This document shows positions 17,535 to 31,000 of a stretch of 64,000 nt of DNA, piece after piece. Origin of the DNA: Verrucomicrobiota bacterium (GTDB lineage Bacteria; Verrucomicrobiota; Verrucomicrobiia; Limisphaerales; Palsa-1400); the NCBI GenBank assembly GCA_049510745.1, contig JBEKYR010000008.1, positions 210,232 through 274,231 on the forward strand, written 5' to 3'. Numbering within the stretch: the stretch's first letter is position 1; the number at the start of each line of letters is the position of its first letter. The notes under the pieces were generated by a model. That model did not search any database. It was not told where the DNA came from and worked only from the letters and a program-made list of their open reading frames with translations. A program made the position numbers and the translations under genes.

Positions 17535-19013
17535 TCACAGCCCCAAGACTCGGCAGGTCTTGCGGAAGTGGTGGCCGTAGATGGAGAAAGTAACGGCCAT
17601 CGGGAACAGAGTGGGGCGGCGGAAGAATGTCCAGAGCAGCAAACCCCAGTAATGGAAACGTTCGCGGCCAAAAATCCCAAGACGGAGATTGGCCTGAAGA
17701 AACGCCAGGAAGGAACGCCAGTTCAACGAGCTGGAAATCTTCGGACGCTGGTACTCGCGCAGGAACGTGCGGATCCGCCGGTAATACGGCCCCGGCGCAT
17801 AAAGGCGCCCCATGAGGCTCCTGTACCCTTCGCGTAATGTCTCCCGATTCATCCGCGGAATGAAGTTGGTTGTCCCGTCCAGGTTGTTGCCGGTGGTCTG
17901 GCCGGTCAGGCGGCCCTCGAGGTTGAGCCGCTGGTGAAGCTTCGTGCCGGGGATGGCTTGCAGCAGGCCGACCATCGCCGTGACAATGCCGCTTTTCTGG
18001 ATGAACTCGATCTGCCGCGCAAAAATCGTGGGCGTGTCGCTGTCAAACCCAACGATAAACCCGCCCTGCACCTCCAACCCCGCGCGCTGGATGCGCTTGA
18101 CATCGGCGACCAGGTTGCGCTTCTGGTTCTGGCGCTTGTTGCACTCGGCCAGGCCCGCTTCCTCCGGCGTCTCGATGCCGACAAACACCTGGTTGAACCC
18201 CGCTTCGACCATCAACCGCATCAACTCCTCATCGTCGGCCAGATTGATGGACGCTTCCGTGAAGAACGGCGTGCCGCGCCCGCCGTGCTGCCACTGGATC
18301 AGCGCCGGCAGCAACTCCTCCTTGAGCGCGCGTTTGTTGCCGATGAAATTGTCGTCCACGAAAAAAACCGCCCCGATCCAGCCCGCCCGGCGCAGACCGT
18401 CCAACTCCGCGATCACTTGCGCCGTTGTCTTGGTGCGCGGCCGATGGCCGAACATCGCGGTGATGTTGCAGAACTCGCAATCAAACGGGCAGCCGCGCGA
18501 GAACTGCACGCTCATCGCCGCGTAACGTGGCAGGTCGGCCAACTCCCACCGCGGTGGCGGCGTCTGCCGGATATCGGGGAACAGAGGTGAAGCATACACG
18601 CGCCGCGCCGTGTGGCGCTGGAAGTCACGCAAAAACTCCGGCAGCGTCGCCTCGGCCTCATTGAGGACGAAATGGTCAACTTCGGGAAACTGTTCGTGGC
18701 CCAAGGTGAAGAGCGGGCCGCCCGCCACGATCGTCTTGCCTGCCGCGCGGCAGCGCGCGATCAGTTCGCGCGCCGAGGCCTGCTGGGCGATCATCCCGCT
18801 GATGAACACGACATCGGCCCAGTCCAGATCGTTCTGGCGCAGCTTCCGCACGTTGACATCCACAAGGCGCCTGGCCCAATCCTCCGGCAGCATCGCGGCC
18901 ACGGTGAGCAGGCCCAGGGGCGGCAGCGAAGCTTTCTTGCGGATGAATTTCAAGGCGTGCTTGAAACTCCAGAATGTGTCAGGAAACTCCGGGTAGAGCA
19001 GCAACACCTTCAT
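17535..19013 (-). CDS. B12-binding radical SAM protein (DUF4070)
   Basis: PPLGLLTVAA and VAGGP cobalamin-binding region; RGCPFDCEFC (CxxxCxxC). Confidence 0.92.
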   Translation of the reverse strand: MKVLLLYPEFPDTFWSFKHALKFIRKKASLPPLGLLTVAAMLPEDWARRLVDVNVRKLRQNDLDWADVVFISGMIAQQASARELIARCRAAGKTIVAGGPLFTLGHEQFPEVDHFVLNEAEATLPEFLRDFQRHTARRVYASPLFPDIRQTPPPRWELADLPRYAAMSVQFSRGCPFDCEFCNITAMFGHRPRTKTTAQVIAELDGLRRAGWIGAVFFVDDNFIGNKRALKEELLPALIQWQHGGRGTPFFTEASINLADDEELMRLMVEAGFNQVFVGIETPEEAGLAECNKRQNQKRNLVADVKRIQRAGLEVQGGFIVGFDSDTPTIFARQIEFIQKSGIVTAMVGLLQAIPGTKLHQRLNLEGRLTGQTTGNNLDGTTNFIPRMNRETLREGYRSLMGRLYAPGPYYRRIRTFLREYQRPKISSSLNWRSFLAFLQANLRLGIFGRERFHYWGLLLWTFFRRPTLFPMAVTFSIYGHHFRKTCRVLGL

Positions 19014-19130
19014 CCATTCCCATCGATACCACGAAACGGCGCCCGCGCAATGGGGTGTTCACCCCATTCGCTTCTCCGCGTCCAAGAGATACAATCTTCG
19101 GATTGGATCAATGTGAAAACTGAAAAATAA

Positions 19131-21073
<1,943 letters not shown>

Positions 21074-21081
<8 letters not shown>

Positions 21082-21406
21082 CGAGCCAAAGAAAACCTCA
21101 AAAGACGAGCCGACGTTCGCCGGGCAGGTTGGCGCGAAGGCGGCGCGCAAGCTCAAGGCGCAACGCAACGCCCAAGGCGTCTGGTTTGGCTTGGGCATGA
21201 TGGGGCTGATCGGCTGGTCGGTGGCAGTGCCGACGCTGCTCGGCGCGGCGCTCGGAATCTGGTTGGACAAACATCATGCGGGCAAGCATCCCTGGACGCT
21301 GGCGCTGTTGGTGGCAGGGCTTATGATCGGCTGCTTAAACGCGTGGCATTGGGTCGCCAAGGAAGACAAAGCCATTCGAGAGGAACAGGAGGATGACGAT
21401 GAATGA
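21074..21406 (+). CDS. atpQ: N-ATPase AtpQ (AtpZ/AtpI-like) membrane subunit
   Basis: WFGLGMMGLIGWSVAVPTLLGAALGIWLD; fits N-ATPase gene order. Confidence 0.88.
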
Positions 21407-21713
21407 AACTCTGACACTGGCGCTGGCGTGGGCGGCGGGGGGCGTGCTGGGCGCGATTTTTTTCGGCGGCCTTTGGTGGACGGTTCGCAAGGGCGTTTCG
21501 TCCAAACAGCCGGCGCTTTGGTTCTTCGGCAGCCTGCTGTTGCGCATGAGCATTGCCCTGGCTGGATTTTATTTTATCGGGCGCGGGCATTGGGAGCGGC
21601 TGCTGCTGTGTCTCCTTGGATTTGTCATCGCACGTCTGGTCGTGACGTGGCTGACCCGGCTGCCGGGAGAAAACCAAACCCGCCCGGCACAGGAGGCCAG
21701 CCATGCGCCTTAG
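21399..21713 (+). CDS. atpR: N-ATPase AtpR membrane subunit
   Basis: GAIFFGGLWWTVR...SLLLRM...LLGFVIAR; fits N-ATPase gene order. Confidence 0.88.
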   Translation: MNETLTLALAWAAGGVLGAIFFGGLWWTVRKGVSSKQPALWFFGSLLLRMSIALAGFYFIGRGHWERLLLCLLGFVIARLVVTWLTRLPGENQTRPAQEASHAP

Positions 21714-22398
21714 TCCCGATGAGATGATCTTCTGGCAACACGGGTATCTCAAACTCAACGCCACCATTGTGTTCACTTGGGGATTGATGCTCGTGCTGGC
21801 CGTCGGTTCAAAACTCATCACCCGCAAACTTTCCACGGGTTTGGAACGTTCCCGCTGGCAGAACCTTTTGGAAATCGTCGTCACCGCCATCGAGAAACAA
21901 ATCGAAGACGTCGGCCTCCGCCATCCGGAGAAGTATATTGGCTTTCTCGGCACGCTCTTCCTGTTCATCGCCCTGGCCAACCTCTGCACTGTCATTCCCG
22001 GTTACGAGCCGCCGACGAGTTCGCTCTCGACCACTGCGGCGCTCGCGCTGAGCGTGTTTGTGGCCGTGCCGCTTTTCGGCATCGAGGACCAAGGCATGGG
22101 GGCCTACCTCAAGTCCTACGCGGAGCCGACGGTTATCATGTTGCCGTTTAACATTATCAGTGAGCTTTCGCGCACGCTGGCCCTGGCCGTCCGCCTGTTC
22201 GGCAACATGATGAGCGGAGCGATGATTATCGGCATTCTGCTGACCATCACGCCCTTTATCTTTCCGATCGTCATGACGGCGCTCGGTCTGCTCACTGGCA
22301 TGGTGCAAGCCTACATTTTCAGCATTCTGGCCGCCGTTTACATCGCGGCCGCCACGGGCACTGGCAAGCCCAAGCCTGAGCCGGCGCCCAAAACTTGA
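21703..22398 (+). CDS. atpB: N-ATPase Fo a subunit
   Basis: SRTLALAVRLFGNM (essential Arg) and QAYIFSILAAVYI. Confidence 0.95.
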   Translation: MRLSPDEMIFWQHGYLKLNATIVFTWGLMLVLAVGSKLITRKLSTGLERSRWQNLLEIVVTAIEKQIEDVGLRHPEKYIGFLGTLFLFIALANLCTVIPGYEPPTSSLSTTAALALSVFVAVPLFGIEDQGMGAYLKSYAEPTVIMLPFNIISELSRTLALAVRLFGNMMSGAMIIGILLTITPFIFPIVMTALGLLTGMVQAYIFSILAAVYIAAATGTGKPKPEPAPKT

Positions 22399-22428
22399 AA
22401 CTGCAACGAAATAACAAAAGGACATAAT

Positions 22429-22719
22429 ATGGATAGCATGACCCTCATCGCAGTCGCCTCAATCGTCACCGCCGGCCTCACGACTGGTTTCGGCTGCATG
22501 GGTCCGGCGCTGGGCGAAGGGCGGGCGGTCGCGACGGCGCTGACGGCGCTGGCGCAGCAACCCGACGCCTCCGCCACCATCACCCGGACCCTGTTTGTCG
22601 GTCTGGCGATGATCGAGTCCACGGCCATCTACTGCTTCGTGGTCTCGATGATTCTCATTTTCGCCAACCCGTTCTGGAACCACGTCATCGCCCAGGCGAC
22701 CACGGCGGCAGCAAAGTGA
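22429..22719 (+). CDS. atpE: N-ATPase Fo c subunit (Na+-binding signature)
   Basis: GPALGEG, QQPD loop and MIESTAIY. Confidence 0.95.
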   Translation: MDSMTLIAVASIVTAGLTTGFGCMGPALGEGRAVATALTALAQQPDASATITRTLFVGLAMIESTAIYCFVVSMILIFANPFWNHVIAQATTAAAK

Positions 22720-22723
22720 GCCT

Positions 22724-23545
22724 ATGCTGATCGACTGGTTCACCATCGGCGCGCAAGCGCTCAACTTCCTCATCCTGGTCTGGCTGATGAAGCGCTTTCT
22801 TTACAAGCCGATCCTAAACGCGATCGACGCGCGCGAGAAGCGGATCGCCGCGGAACTCGCGGACGCGGACGCGAAAAAGGCCGAGGCGCAAAAGGAGCGC
22901 GACGAGTTTCAGCACAAGAACGAGGAGTTCGACCAGCAGCGCGCCGCGCTCTGGAGCAAGGCGGCAGACGAGGCGAAAGCCGAACGTCAGCGGCTTCTCG
23001 ACGAAGCGCGGAAAGCGGCCAACGCCTTGAGTGCCAAGCGGCAGGAAACGCTGGCAAACGACGCCCACACCCTGAATCAAGCCATCAGTCGCCGGACCCA
23101 GCAGGAAGTCTTTGCCATCACCCGAAAGGCGCTGATGGATCTCGCCACGACGAGTCTGGAAGAACGGCTGGGCGAGGTGTTCACCCGCCGCTTGCGCACG
23201 ATGGACGCCAAGTCAAAACAAGGCCTCGCCGAGGCCCTTAAGAGAGCTTCCGACCCCGCGCTCGTGCGCAGCGCGTTTGACCTGCCTGCGGAGCAGCGCG
23301 CGGCGATACAAAATGCGCTCAACGAAACCTTCTCGGCTGAAATCCGCCTCCGGTTCGAGACCGCGCCGGACCTGGTCAGCGGGATCGAACTCACCGCCAA
23401 TGGACAAAAAGTGGCTTGGAGCATCGCCGATTATCTCGCGTCGCTGGAAAAGGGCGTCAGTGAACTTTTGAAAGAGAAGGACAAATCTGAAGCCAAAGCC
23501 GCGCCTAAACCTGAAGAACCCAAGCCCGTTCCAAAAGGCCAATGA
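22724..23545 (+). CDS. atpF: N-ATPase b subunit with delta-like C-terminal extension
   Basis: [30 protein letters not shown], coiled coil, then DLVSGIEL...KVAWSI. Confidence 0.92.
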   Translation: MLIDWFTIGAQALNFLILVWLMKRFLYKPILNAIDAREKRIAAELADADAKKAEAQKERDEFQHKNEEFDQQRAALWSKAADEAKAERQRLLDEARKAANALSAKRQETLANDAHTLNQAISRRTQQEVFAITRKALMDLATTSLEERLGEVFTRRLRTMDAKSKQGLAEALKRASDPALVRSAFDLPAEQRAAIQNALNETFSAEIRLRFETAPDLVSGIELTANGQKVAWSIADYLASLEKGVSELLKEKDKSEAKAAPKPEEPKPVPKGQ

Positions 23546-25173
23546 ACACTGCGCCTGAGAGTTTGCAGAGTGTCTTTGACCGCGCGTTCGCTGAAATCAG
23601 CCAGGTGCGGGGAGCCTTCACGCCGCAACTGACCCCGCGCGAGGTGGGCACGATCACGAACATTTCCACCGGCATCGCCAGGGTTTCCGGCCTTCCCGGC
23701 GTTGGCTTTGACGAGCTTCTCGAGTTTCCCGGCGGCGTCTTCGGCATTGCGTTCAACGTGGACGAGGACGAAATCGGCGTCGTGCTGCTCGGCGAGTTTC
23801 AAGATTTGCACGCGGGCGACGAAGTCGAGCGCACGGGCCGGGTCCTGGACGTGGCCGTGGGCGAGGGATTGCTGGGCCGCGTCATCGACCCGCTTGGCCG
23901 GCCCCTCGATGGGAACGGGCCCGTGACCGCCAGCGAGCGCCTGCCCATCGAACGCCCCGCCGCGCCCATCATGGATCGCGCGCCCGTCACCGTGCCGCTC
24001 CAGACCGGCCTCAAAGTCATCGATGCGCTCATTCCCATCGGGCGCGGCCAGCGCGAGTTGATTCTGGGTGACCGGCAGACGGGCAAAACCGCCATTGCGA
24101 TCGACACCATCCTGAACCAGCGCGGGAAGAATGTGCTCTGCGTCTATTGTGTGATCGGCCAGCGCGCTTCCGCCGTCGCCAAGGTCGTGGCCAACCTCCG
24201 CGAAAAAGGCGCGATGGATTACACCGCGGTCGTTGTCGCCGAAGGCAACGACGCGCCCGGCCTTGCCTACATCACGCCCTACGCCGCGACCAGCATCGCG
24301 GAGCATTTTATGGAAGCGGGTCGCGATGTGCTGATCGTCTATGACAACCTCACGCAGCACGCCCAAGCCTATCGCGAGCTTTCCCTCCTGCTCCGCCGGC
24401 CACCCGGACGCGAAGCCTTCCCCGGCGACATCTTTTATATTCACTCGCGGCTGCTGGAGCGGGCGACCCATCTGCGCGAGGAACGCGGGGGCGGCTCGCT
24501 CACGGCCCTGCCCATCATCGAGACCGAAGCGCAGAACATCTCCGCCTACATTCCGACCAACCTGATTTCCATCACCGACGGGCAGATCTACCTCTCGCCG
24601 TCGCTGTTCGAATTGGGCGTGCTGCCCGCCGTCGATGTCGGCAAATCCGTTTCGCGCGTTGGCGGCAAGGCGCAGCGGGCGGCCTACCGCGCGGTGGCGG
24701 GCGACCTCAAGCTCGGCTACGCGCAGTTCGAGGAACTCGAGGCCTTTGCCCGGTTCGGCGCCCGCCTGGATGAAGACACCCGCAAGATCATCGAGCATGG
24801 AGGGCGCATCCGCGCCTGCCTCCAGCAGCCGGAATTCGCCCCGGTGTCCGTGCCCGCGCAAATCACCGTCCTGCTGGCCTTGACGGCGGAACTCTTCGAT
24901 TCGGTGCCAATGGACCAGATGAAAGACGCCGAGCATGCCGTGCAGGAAGCGGCGGCGAACATCCCGGCGGAGGTGTGCGCACGATTCGAAACCGCCGCAA
25001 AACTCAATGACGAGGATCGCAAGGCAATTATCGAAATCGCCCGCAGATCGCTCACCCGTTTTCAACCCAAACCCGAAGCTAAAGTCGAGACCAAGCCGGA
25101 AGCCGAGTCCAAGCCGGAGGCCCAAACGGAGGTCAAACCCAAGCCCAAGGCAGCGCTCAAGGAGAATTCATGA
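23542..25173 (+). CDS. atpA: N-ATPase F1 alpha subunit
   Basis: [20 protein letters not shown] and [10 protein letters not shown] motifs. Confidence 0.96.
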   Translation: MNTAPESLQSVFDRAFAEISQVRGAFTPQLTPREVGTITNISTGIARVSGLPGVGFDELLEFPGGVFGIAFNVDEDEIGVVLLGEFQDLHAGDEVERTGRVLDVAVGEGLLGRVIDPLGRPLDGNGPVTASERLPIERPAAPIMDRAPVTVPLQTGLKVIDALIPIGRGQRELILGDRQTGKTAIAIDTILNQRGKNVLCVYCVIGQRASAVAKVVANLREKGAMDYTAVVVAEGNDAPGLAYITPYAATSIAEHFMEAGRDVLIVYDNLTQHAQAYRELSLLLRRPPGREAFPGDIFYIHSRLLERATHLREERGGGSLTALPIIETEAQNISAYIPTNLISITDGQIYLSPSLFELGVLPAVDVGKSVSRVGGKAQRAAYRAVAGDLKLGYAQFEELEAFARFGARLDEDTRKIIEHGGRIRACLQQPEFAPVSVPAQITVLLALTAELFDSVPMDQMKDAEHAVQEAAANIPAEVCARFETAAKLNDEDRKAIIEIARRSLTRFQPKPEAKVETKPEAESKPEAQTEVKPKPKAALKENS

Positions 25174-26066
25174 GCGACACCACGGCCAGCCTGCGGCGCA
25201 AGATCAAGAGCGCCGCAGACCTCCAATCCGTCGTCCGCACGATGAAAGCCTTGGCCGCCTCGAGTATCGGACAATACGAGAAATCGGTGCGCGCGCTGGC
25301 CGATTATTATCGGACCGTGGAGCTGGGGTTGGGCGCGTGCTTCCGGGAAAGCGGGCCGGCGGCCTTGAGGGGAGAACGGAAAGGACAAGCCGATGCGGGT
25401 GCAATCGGCGCGGTCGTTTTCGGATCCGACCAGGGACTGGTGGGCCAGTTTAATGACGTGGTGGCCGATTATGCGGTCAAGACCCTGGCGGGTCTGCCCG
25501 GCAACCCCCAAGTCTGGGCCGTCGGTGAGCGCGTTCATGCGCGCCTGACGGACGCGGGCCTGCCGCCCATGGGACTCTTCACCGTGCCGAATTCCGTCAA
25601 GGCCATCACCCCGCTCGTCGGGCGGATTCAAATCGAAAGCGAAGCGCATCGGGCCAAAGGCGAGTATGCGCGTGTTTATGTCTTCCATAACCGCCCGCGG
25701 TCCGGGGCACTCTATGAGCCGGTCAGCCAGCGGTTGTTGCCACTCGATGTGCAATGGCAACAAGGTCTGGCCAAAGTTCGCTGGCCGACCGGGACTTTGC
25801 CAGAGATCATGCACGGGGGCACCGCGACTTTGCGCGCACTCATTCGCGAATATCTTTTCATCTCGATCTTCCGGGCGTGCGCCGAATCCCTCGCGAGCGA
25901 GAACGCCAGCCGCCTGGCGGCGATGGAGCGCGCCGATAAAAACATCGACGAATTGCTGGAGAATCTCCACGGCACATTCCACCGTTTGCGCCAGAGCGGC
26001 ATTGACGAGGAACTGTTCGACGTGATCTCCGGCTTCGAGGCGCTGGCCGGACCGCGGCAGCAATAA
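25170..26066 (+). CDS. atpG: N-ATPase F1 gamma subunit
   Basis: [19 protein letters not shown] and [10 protein letters not shown]...RQSGIDEEL motifs. Confidence 0.94.
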   Translation: MSDTTASLRRKIKSAADLQSVVRTMKALAASSIGQYEKSVRALADYYRTVELGLGACFRESGPAALRGERKGQADAGAIGAVVFGSDQGLVGQFNDVVADYAVKTLAGLPGNPQVWAVGERVHARLTDAGLPPMGLFTVPNSVKAITPLVGRIQIESEAHRAKGEYARVYVFHNRPRSGALYEPVSQRLLPLDVQWQQGLAKVRWPTGTLPEIMHGGTATLRALIREYLFISIFRACAESLASENASRLAAMERADKNIDELLENLHGTFHRLRQSGIDEELFDVISGFEALAGPRQQ

Positions 26067-26078
26067 TGTTGAAATGGG

Positions 26079-26771
26079 TCACTCCATCGCGGCCAGCAGT
26101 TCATCCAGGGAAACGGTGGCGAAGCTGGTGGCGGAGTCGCTCATGGCGTAGGGGATGATCACTTCGCGTCCCTGCAGCAGCGCGCCGCAGGTGTACACCA
26201 CGTTGGGAACATAACCTTCGCGTTCGGCTTCGTTCGGGGAGAGCAACGGCTCGCGCAAACGTCCGATGACGCGCGAGGGGTCCTCCAAGTCAAGCAGAAA
26301 TGCGCCCAGGCAATACTTGCGCATCGCGCCCACGCCGTGGCTTAACACCAGCCAGCCCCGTTCGGATTCCACCGGCGAACCGCAGTTGCCGATCTTGATG
26401 AATTCCCACGGCTGCGCGGGCGGCAGCAACAGCTTGGGCGTCTTCCAGAAATGGATGTTGTCGTAGGCGAGGTCACCAAGGTCAAGCTCTGGCCCCCTGA
26501 TGGCAAAATCGTCATGCTTCCCCAGAAAGAGCTTTACCGGATAAAGGCCGAGATTCTCCTTTTCGAATTCGCTGGCATTGAATCCGAAATCTTCAGGCAC
26601 GTCGCGGCGCTGAAATTGACTCCAGGCAAAGCAAAAATTTTTGCGCACGAGTTGCTTGTGCAGTTTTTCTTTGTCGCTGCGGGTTTTCTCCTCGCCAAAC
26701 GCATAGAAATCCAGTCCGCGATCTCGCAGCTTCTCAACCTTCCACGCGAATGTGGCAATCTGGCCTGTCAC
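26079..26771 (-). pseudogene. Chimeric ORF: unrelated AT-richer N-terminus fused to the C-terminal part of a GH130-like glycosidase
   Basis: 26079-26462 encodes DNIHFW...PWEFIKIGNCGSP...HGVGAMRKY...EREGYVPNVVYTCG...PYAMSD (GH130 C-terminus); the upstream part is unrelated. Confidence 0.7.
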
Positions 26772-27409
26772 TTTCTCATCTTCGGCTTCGGTGGGATGTC
26801 TTCCAGGTCATCATAGTAAAACCGGACCTCAACCAGTTGACCGTTTTTCGCCTGGCCGCAGATTTCCTTTCCAAAGTGCTTCTGTTTTTCTGAAGCAAGA
26901 TTGCGAACAAAACCGCTGGAACAGACGATGGCATGCATAACTTTTCTCTGTCCGTTGTGCTCACGTTCCGTGCCATCTGCAAAGTCCATGATCCGCTGTG
27001 TCAGGTTCATTGCACTGCTGCAAAAGTTTTGACAACCCGAAGTGCCGAGTGTCGCACGTGCAACGGCTCCTTCGTGAATCCCAACGCGCAAGAAGAGCTT
27101 CAAGATGTGCATATCGATCAGGAGTTTCGTGGCAAATGCCAAGACGGCATCATGCGTCACTCCATTTCCTGGCCGGATTAAGAGCACCGCTCCGTCGCCA
27201 GTTGGAAGCCTCCCAATGAGTTGCCGGATTCCGTGCGCCAGCAGAGCTTGCTCCATAGCCGTGTTCAATTTTTCGGCAGCTTGCAGTTGCTCTTCCTGCC
27301 CGACCTTCGAATAGCCGATCAAATCCACGAATACGATGATGAATGGTGAGCCTGGGCGAGGTGCTTCCGATTCACTTCTGGATCCAAAAGCAGCGGTTGA
27401 GTTACTCAT
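26768..27409 (-). CDS. Stand-alone class III nucleotide cyclase domain protein
   Basis: FVDLIGYS (first Asp), PTGDGA (second Asp), LRVGIHEG and MNLTQRI (N...R). Stop overlaps the next GTG start (GTGA). Confidence 0.75.
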   Translation of the reverse strand: MSNSTAAFGSRSESEAPRPGSPFIIVFVDLIGYSKVGQEEQLQAAEKLNTAMEQALLAHGIRQLIGRLPTGDGAVLLIRPGNGVTHDAVLAFATKLLIDMHILKLFLRVGIHEGAVARATLGTSGCQNFCSSAMNLTQRIMDFADGTEREHNGQRKVMHAIVCSSGFVRNLASEKQKHFGKEICGQAKNGQLVEVRFYYDDLEDIPPKPKMRK

Positions 27410-27740
27410 GTGTTGTGTAAAGGAATTGCGCCAAGGAGCCTTTGATGGGGGCGTCGTCAAGCCGCAGGGGTATGAAGCGGCGCTCTCGGTTCAGCGGGTT
27501 GCGAAACCGGAACGTGCCGGCCTCCAACCGCGCCCAGTCCGCGCCGAACGCGCACGCCAGCGTGCCCGAGGTGATTTGCGCCTCGGTCAGATACGGCGTC
27601 AGATAAATGTCCGCCGCGCCGATAAACCGCATCAATTCCTCCAGCTCGACGAAGCGATTGAAGAACACCACGTGTTTCTGCACGCCGAGGTCTTTGGCCA
27701 GCCTTTCCAGGCTCAAGCGATAAGCCTCGCCCTCGTCACG
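27402..27740 (-). pseudogene. Fused fragments of a GT4 glycosyltransferase and a TIR-like domain
   Basis: EGEAYRLSL...FIGAADIYLTPY...QITSGTLACAFGA (GT4) runs into DWARLEAGTFRFRNPLNRERRFIPLRLDDAPIKGSLAQFLY (TIR_2-like). Confidence 0.65.
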
Positions 27741-28086
27741 CGGCCGCTTTTACCAAGACCCATTTCCAGTTTTCCAGCAGGGTGAACACCCCAAAGCGCC
27801 CGGTTGGTTTCGGTTCCATTCTCAGGTCGTGAACAGCAGACCACTCATCCACAATGGAAGGTGAGACGGCGCACGAAAACGGTTGGCGGGCCGGCCGAAC
27901 CCATTCGCGCTTTGAAAAAACCTCCGTTTGAGTCTCAACTCCCTAACGTCGCGCAATTTCGGACAGAGAATTGCCAAAAGATGGTGAGCTTTCTCGCGCT
28001 CCGATCAGTACTTATCTCATCCACGTGGAACTGTGGTCGCGGGCCGGCCGCAATGCGGGCCGGGCAGTTGGCGTCGGCTGTTTGGT

Positions 28087-31000
28087 ATGCGTTTCGTAAA
28101 GCAAGAACGTTTTGGCTTGTCGCGGGCGCGCCTTTCTCTCGCGGTTGGCACCGCGCAAATGCTCCTGTTGTGTCATCTCGCCGGAGCCGTCACGTTCAGC
28201 GTCACGCCCGCCGCCGTCGGCAACACTTACAACGGCGTCATCACGCTGCAAGTGGGCGGCTTGACCAACAACGAAACAGTGGTCGTCCAGAAATTCCTGG
28301 ACCTCAACACCAATGGCGTCATTGACGCCGGCGATTGGCTCGTGCAGCAGTTTAACCTGACTGACGGGCAGCCGGGCATGGTGATCGGCGGCATCGTCAA
28401 CTCCAACGTGCCCGGCGACACCGACACGACGCCGGGACAAATCACCGCGCAGTTGAATTTCCGGAACGGCGATATGGTCCAGAACTTTGTCGGGCAATAT
28501 GCGTTCAAGCTGTCCAGTCCGGGCGGGCATTTTGAGCCGATCACGAATTTTTTCAGCGTCACCAACTTCCCTTACGCGCAAAAGTTCACCGGCAACGTGG
28601 TCAGCAACGGCACTGGCACGACGGTGCCCAATGCCCTTGTCCTGTTGCTCGGTTCCGGCAACAAAAAGGCGCTGGCGGGCGCGGTGGCGGACAATTCCGG
28701 CGGCTACACCATTGCGGCGCCGCCGGGGACTTATATGCCGGTGGCATTGAAGAGCGGTTATGTCGCCAATTTTTCGACGCCGCCGGTTCTCACCTTGAGC
28801 AGCGGCCAGACCAACACCACAAACCTGACGTTGCTGAGCGCCACCGCCAGCATCTCCGGCCAACTGGCCGATGCCAACAATTCCAGCATCGGACTGCCCG
28901 GCATTCTTCTCTCGGCCAGAGCAACCAACGGCCTGATGGGTGTAAGCTTCACGGACGGCAACGGCAATTTCAGCGTGAGCGTCCAAACCAACCTCGGCCA
29001 GTGGGAGGTCGCCCCCAATGAGTCGGGCTTGATTGTCCACGGCTATCTTGAATTGCAGAATAAAGGAACCAGTGCCACCGCCGGCCAAACCAATGTCACC
29101 CTCGCCCTGCCCCGGGCCACCGCGCTGTTTTACGGCAGTGTGAAGGACAACCTGGGGAATCCCATGCCGGGGCTTGAGATTTACGCCGACGACAACAATA
29201 ATGTCTATGAAGGCGACGGCTACACCGATGCGAATGGGAATTACGCCGCCGTCGCGCTGGGCGGCTTGAACAACGACCCGTGGAGGACCCAAATCAGCAG
29301 TGACACCAGTCCCACCAATTATTTTTTTTCGCAGCCGGACTTTGATTGGAACGACGGCACAAACATCAGCGCCGGAGAGGCGGTGCTGGCGAACTTCACC
29401 GCCGTTCTTGCGACCAATACCATCTCCGGCTCTCTCAAGGATGGCAGCGGCCACCCCCTCGGCGGCATCGGGGTGGAGGCCAGCGCCACGATCAACGGGG
29501 TGTACTACCAACTGGAAGCCGTGGACACCGACACCAATGGCAAGTATTCGCTGAACGTGGCCAACAGCACATGGACGGTCGCCGTATTACAGTACGGCTC
29601 CAGCGATAGTTTGCCCGCCAACTATTTCTGTCTCTCGCAAACGGTGGTGATTTCCAACAACAATGCCACGGTGAATTTGACCGCCCTTTTTGGGACCAAT
29701 ACCATCTCCGGCTCTCTCAAGGATGACAGCGGCAACCCCATCGCCGGGGTCTGGGTGTGGGACAACGCCTGGATCAACGGCGTGACCTACTACCAGGGTG
29801 GCAAGGAGACCGACGCCAATGGCAATTATTCGCTTAACGTGGTCAACAGCACGTGGACGGTTGGTGTCAATTCCTGCAGCGATTGCGGTGATGGTTTGCC
29901 CGTCAAGTATCTCTGCCCTCCAACTCAAACGGTGGTGATTTCCAACAACAACGGCACGGCAAATTTCACCGCCCTTCTTGCGACCAATGACATTACCGGC
30001 GTCGTGAAGGACAGCAACGGCAACCCCATCGGCGGCGTGGGCGTCTGGGCCAACGCGACCATCAATGGCGCGGGTTACTTTCAATATGTGGACGCCGACA
30101 CCAATGGCAACTATTCGCTGAACGTGGCCAATGGCAGTTGGACGGTCGGCGTCGAATGCAACGGCGGCAGCGACAGCCTGGACAACATTCTCGGCAGCGG
30201 CAATTACCAGTGCCCGAACAATCAGAGTGTGGGCATCACCAACAACAATGGCGTGGCGAATTTCGCGGTGCCACTTTGCAGCGGCCTCACCATCACAACC
30301 ACTTCACTGCCCGCCGGCGAGGTCAATGTCTATTACGATCAGTTTCTCCAGGCTTCCAGTTGCAGTTCCACTCTCACCTGGTCGCTCCTTGCCGGTTCAC
30401 TGCCGCCGGGTTTGACCGGGGACCCTTTCTCCGGCGAAATCTATGGCACGGCCACCAGTGCCGGCGCCTACGATTTCATCGTCCAGGTCATCGACGGCAA
30501 CGGCCTGAGAGCCAATCAGGCCTTGTCGCTGACAATCAACGGCGGCGAGTTGCAGGTGACGACGACTTCACTGTCCAGCGGCACAACCAACGTGGCCTAC
30601 ACCAGCCGGCAGTTGACGGCCCGCGGCGGTCAGCCGCCGTATCGCTGGTCGCTGGCGTCGGGGATGCTGCCGCCCGGAATGAGTTTGTCCACCAACGGGG
30701 TGATAAGCGGGACACCGACAGTCGCCGGGAATTCCAATTTCGTCGTGCAAGTGACGGACAGCGTATCTGCCACGGCAACGAAGGCGCTGTCGCTGGTCAT
30801 CTATCCGTTTTCAACTTCCGTCAGCTTTAATGTTACGCCCCCTGCCGTAAGCAACTTTTACACCGGGATTATTACGCTGCAGGTGGGCGGGCTGGTCACC
30901 GGCGAGACGGTACTGGTCAAGAAATACCGCGACAACAACGGCAACGGACTGATCGACGCGGGGGATTCGGAGGTGCAGCAGTTCCAGTTGACAGACGGCC

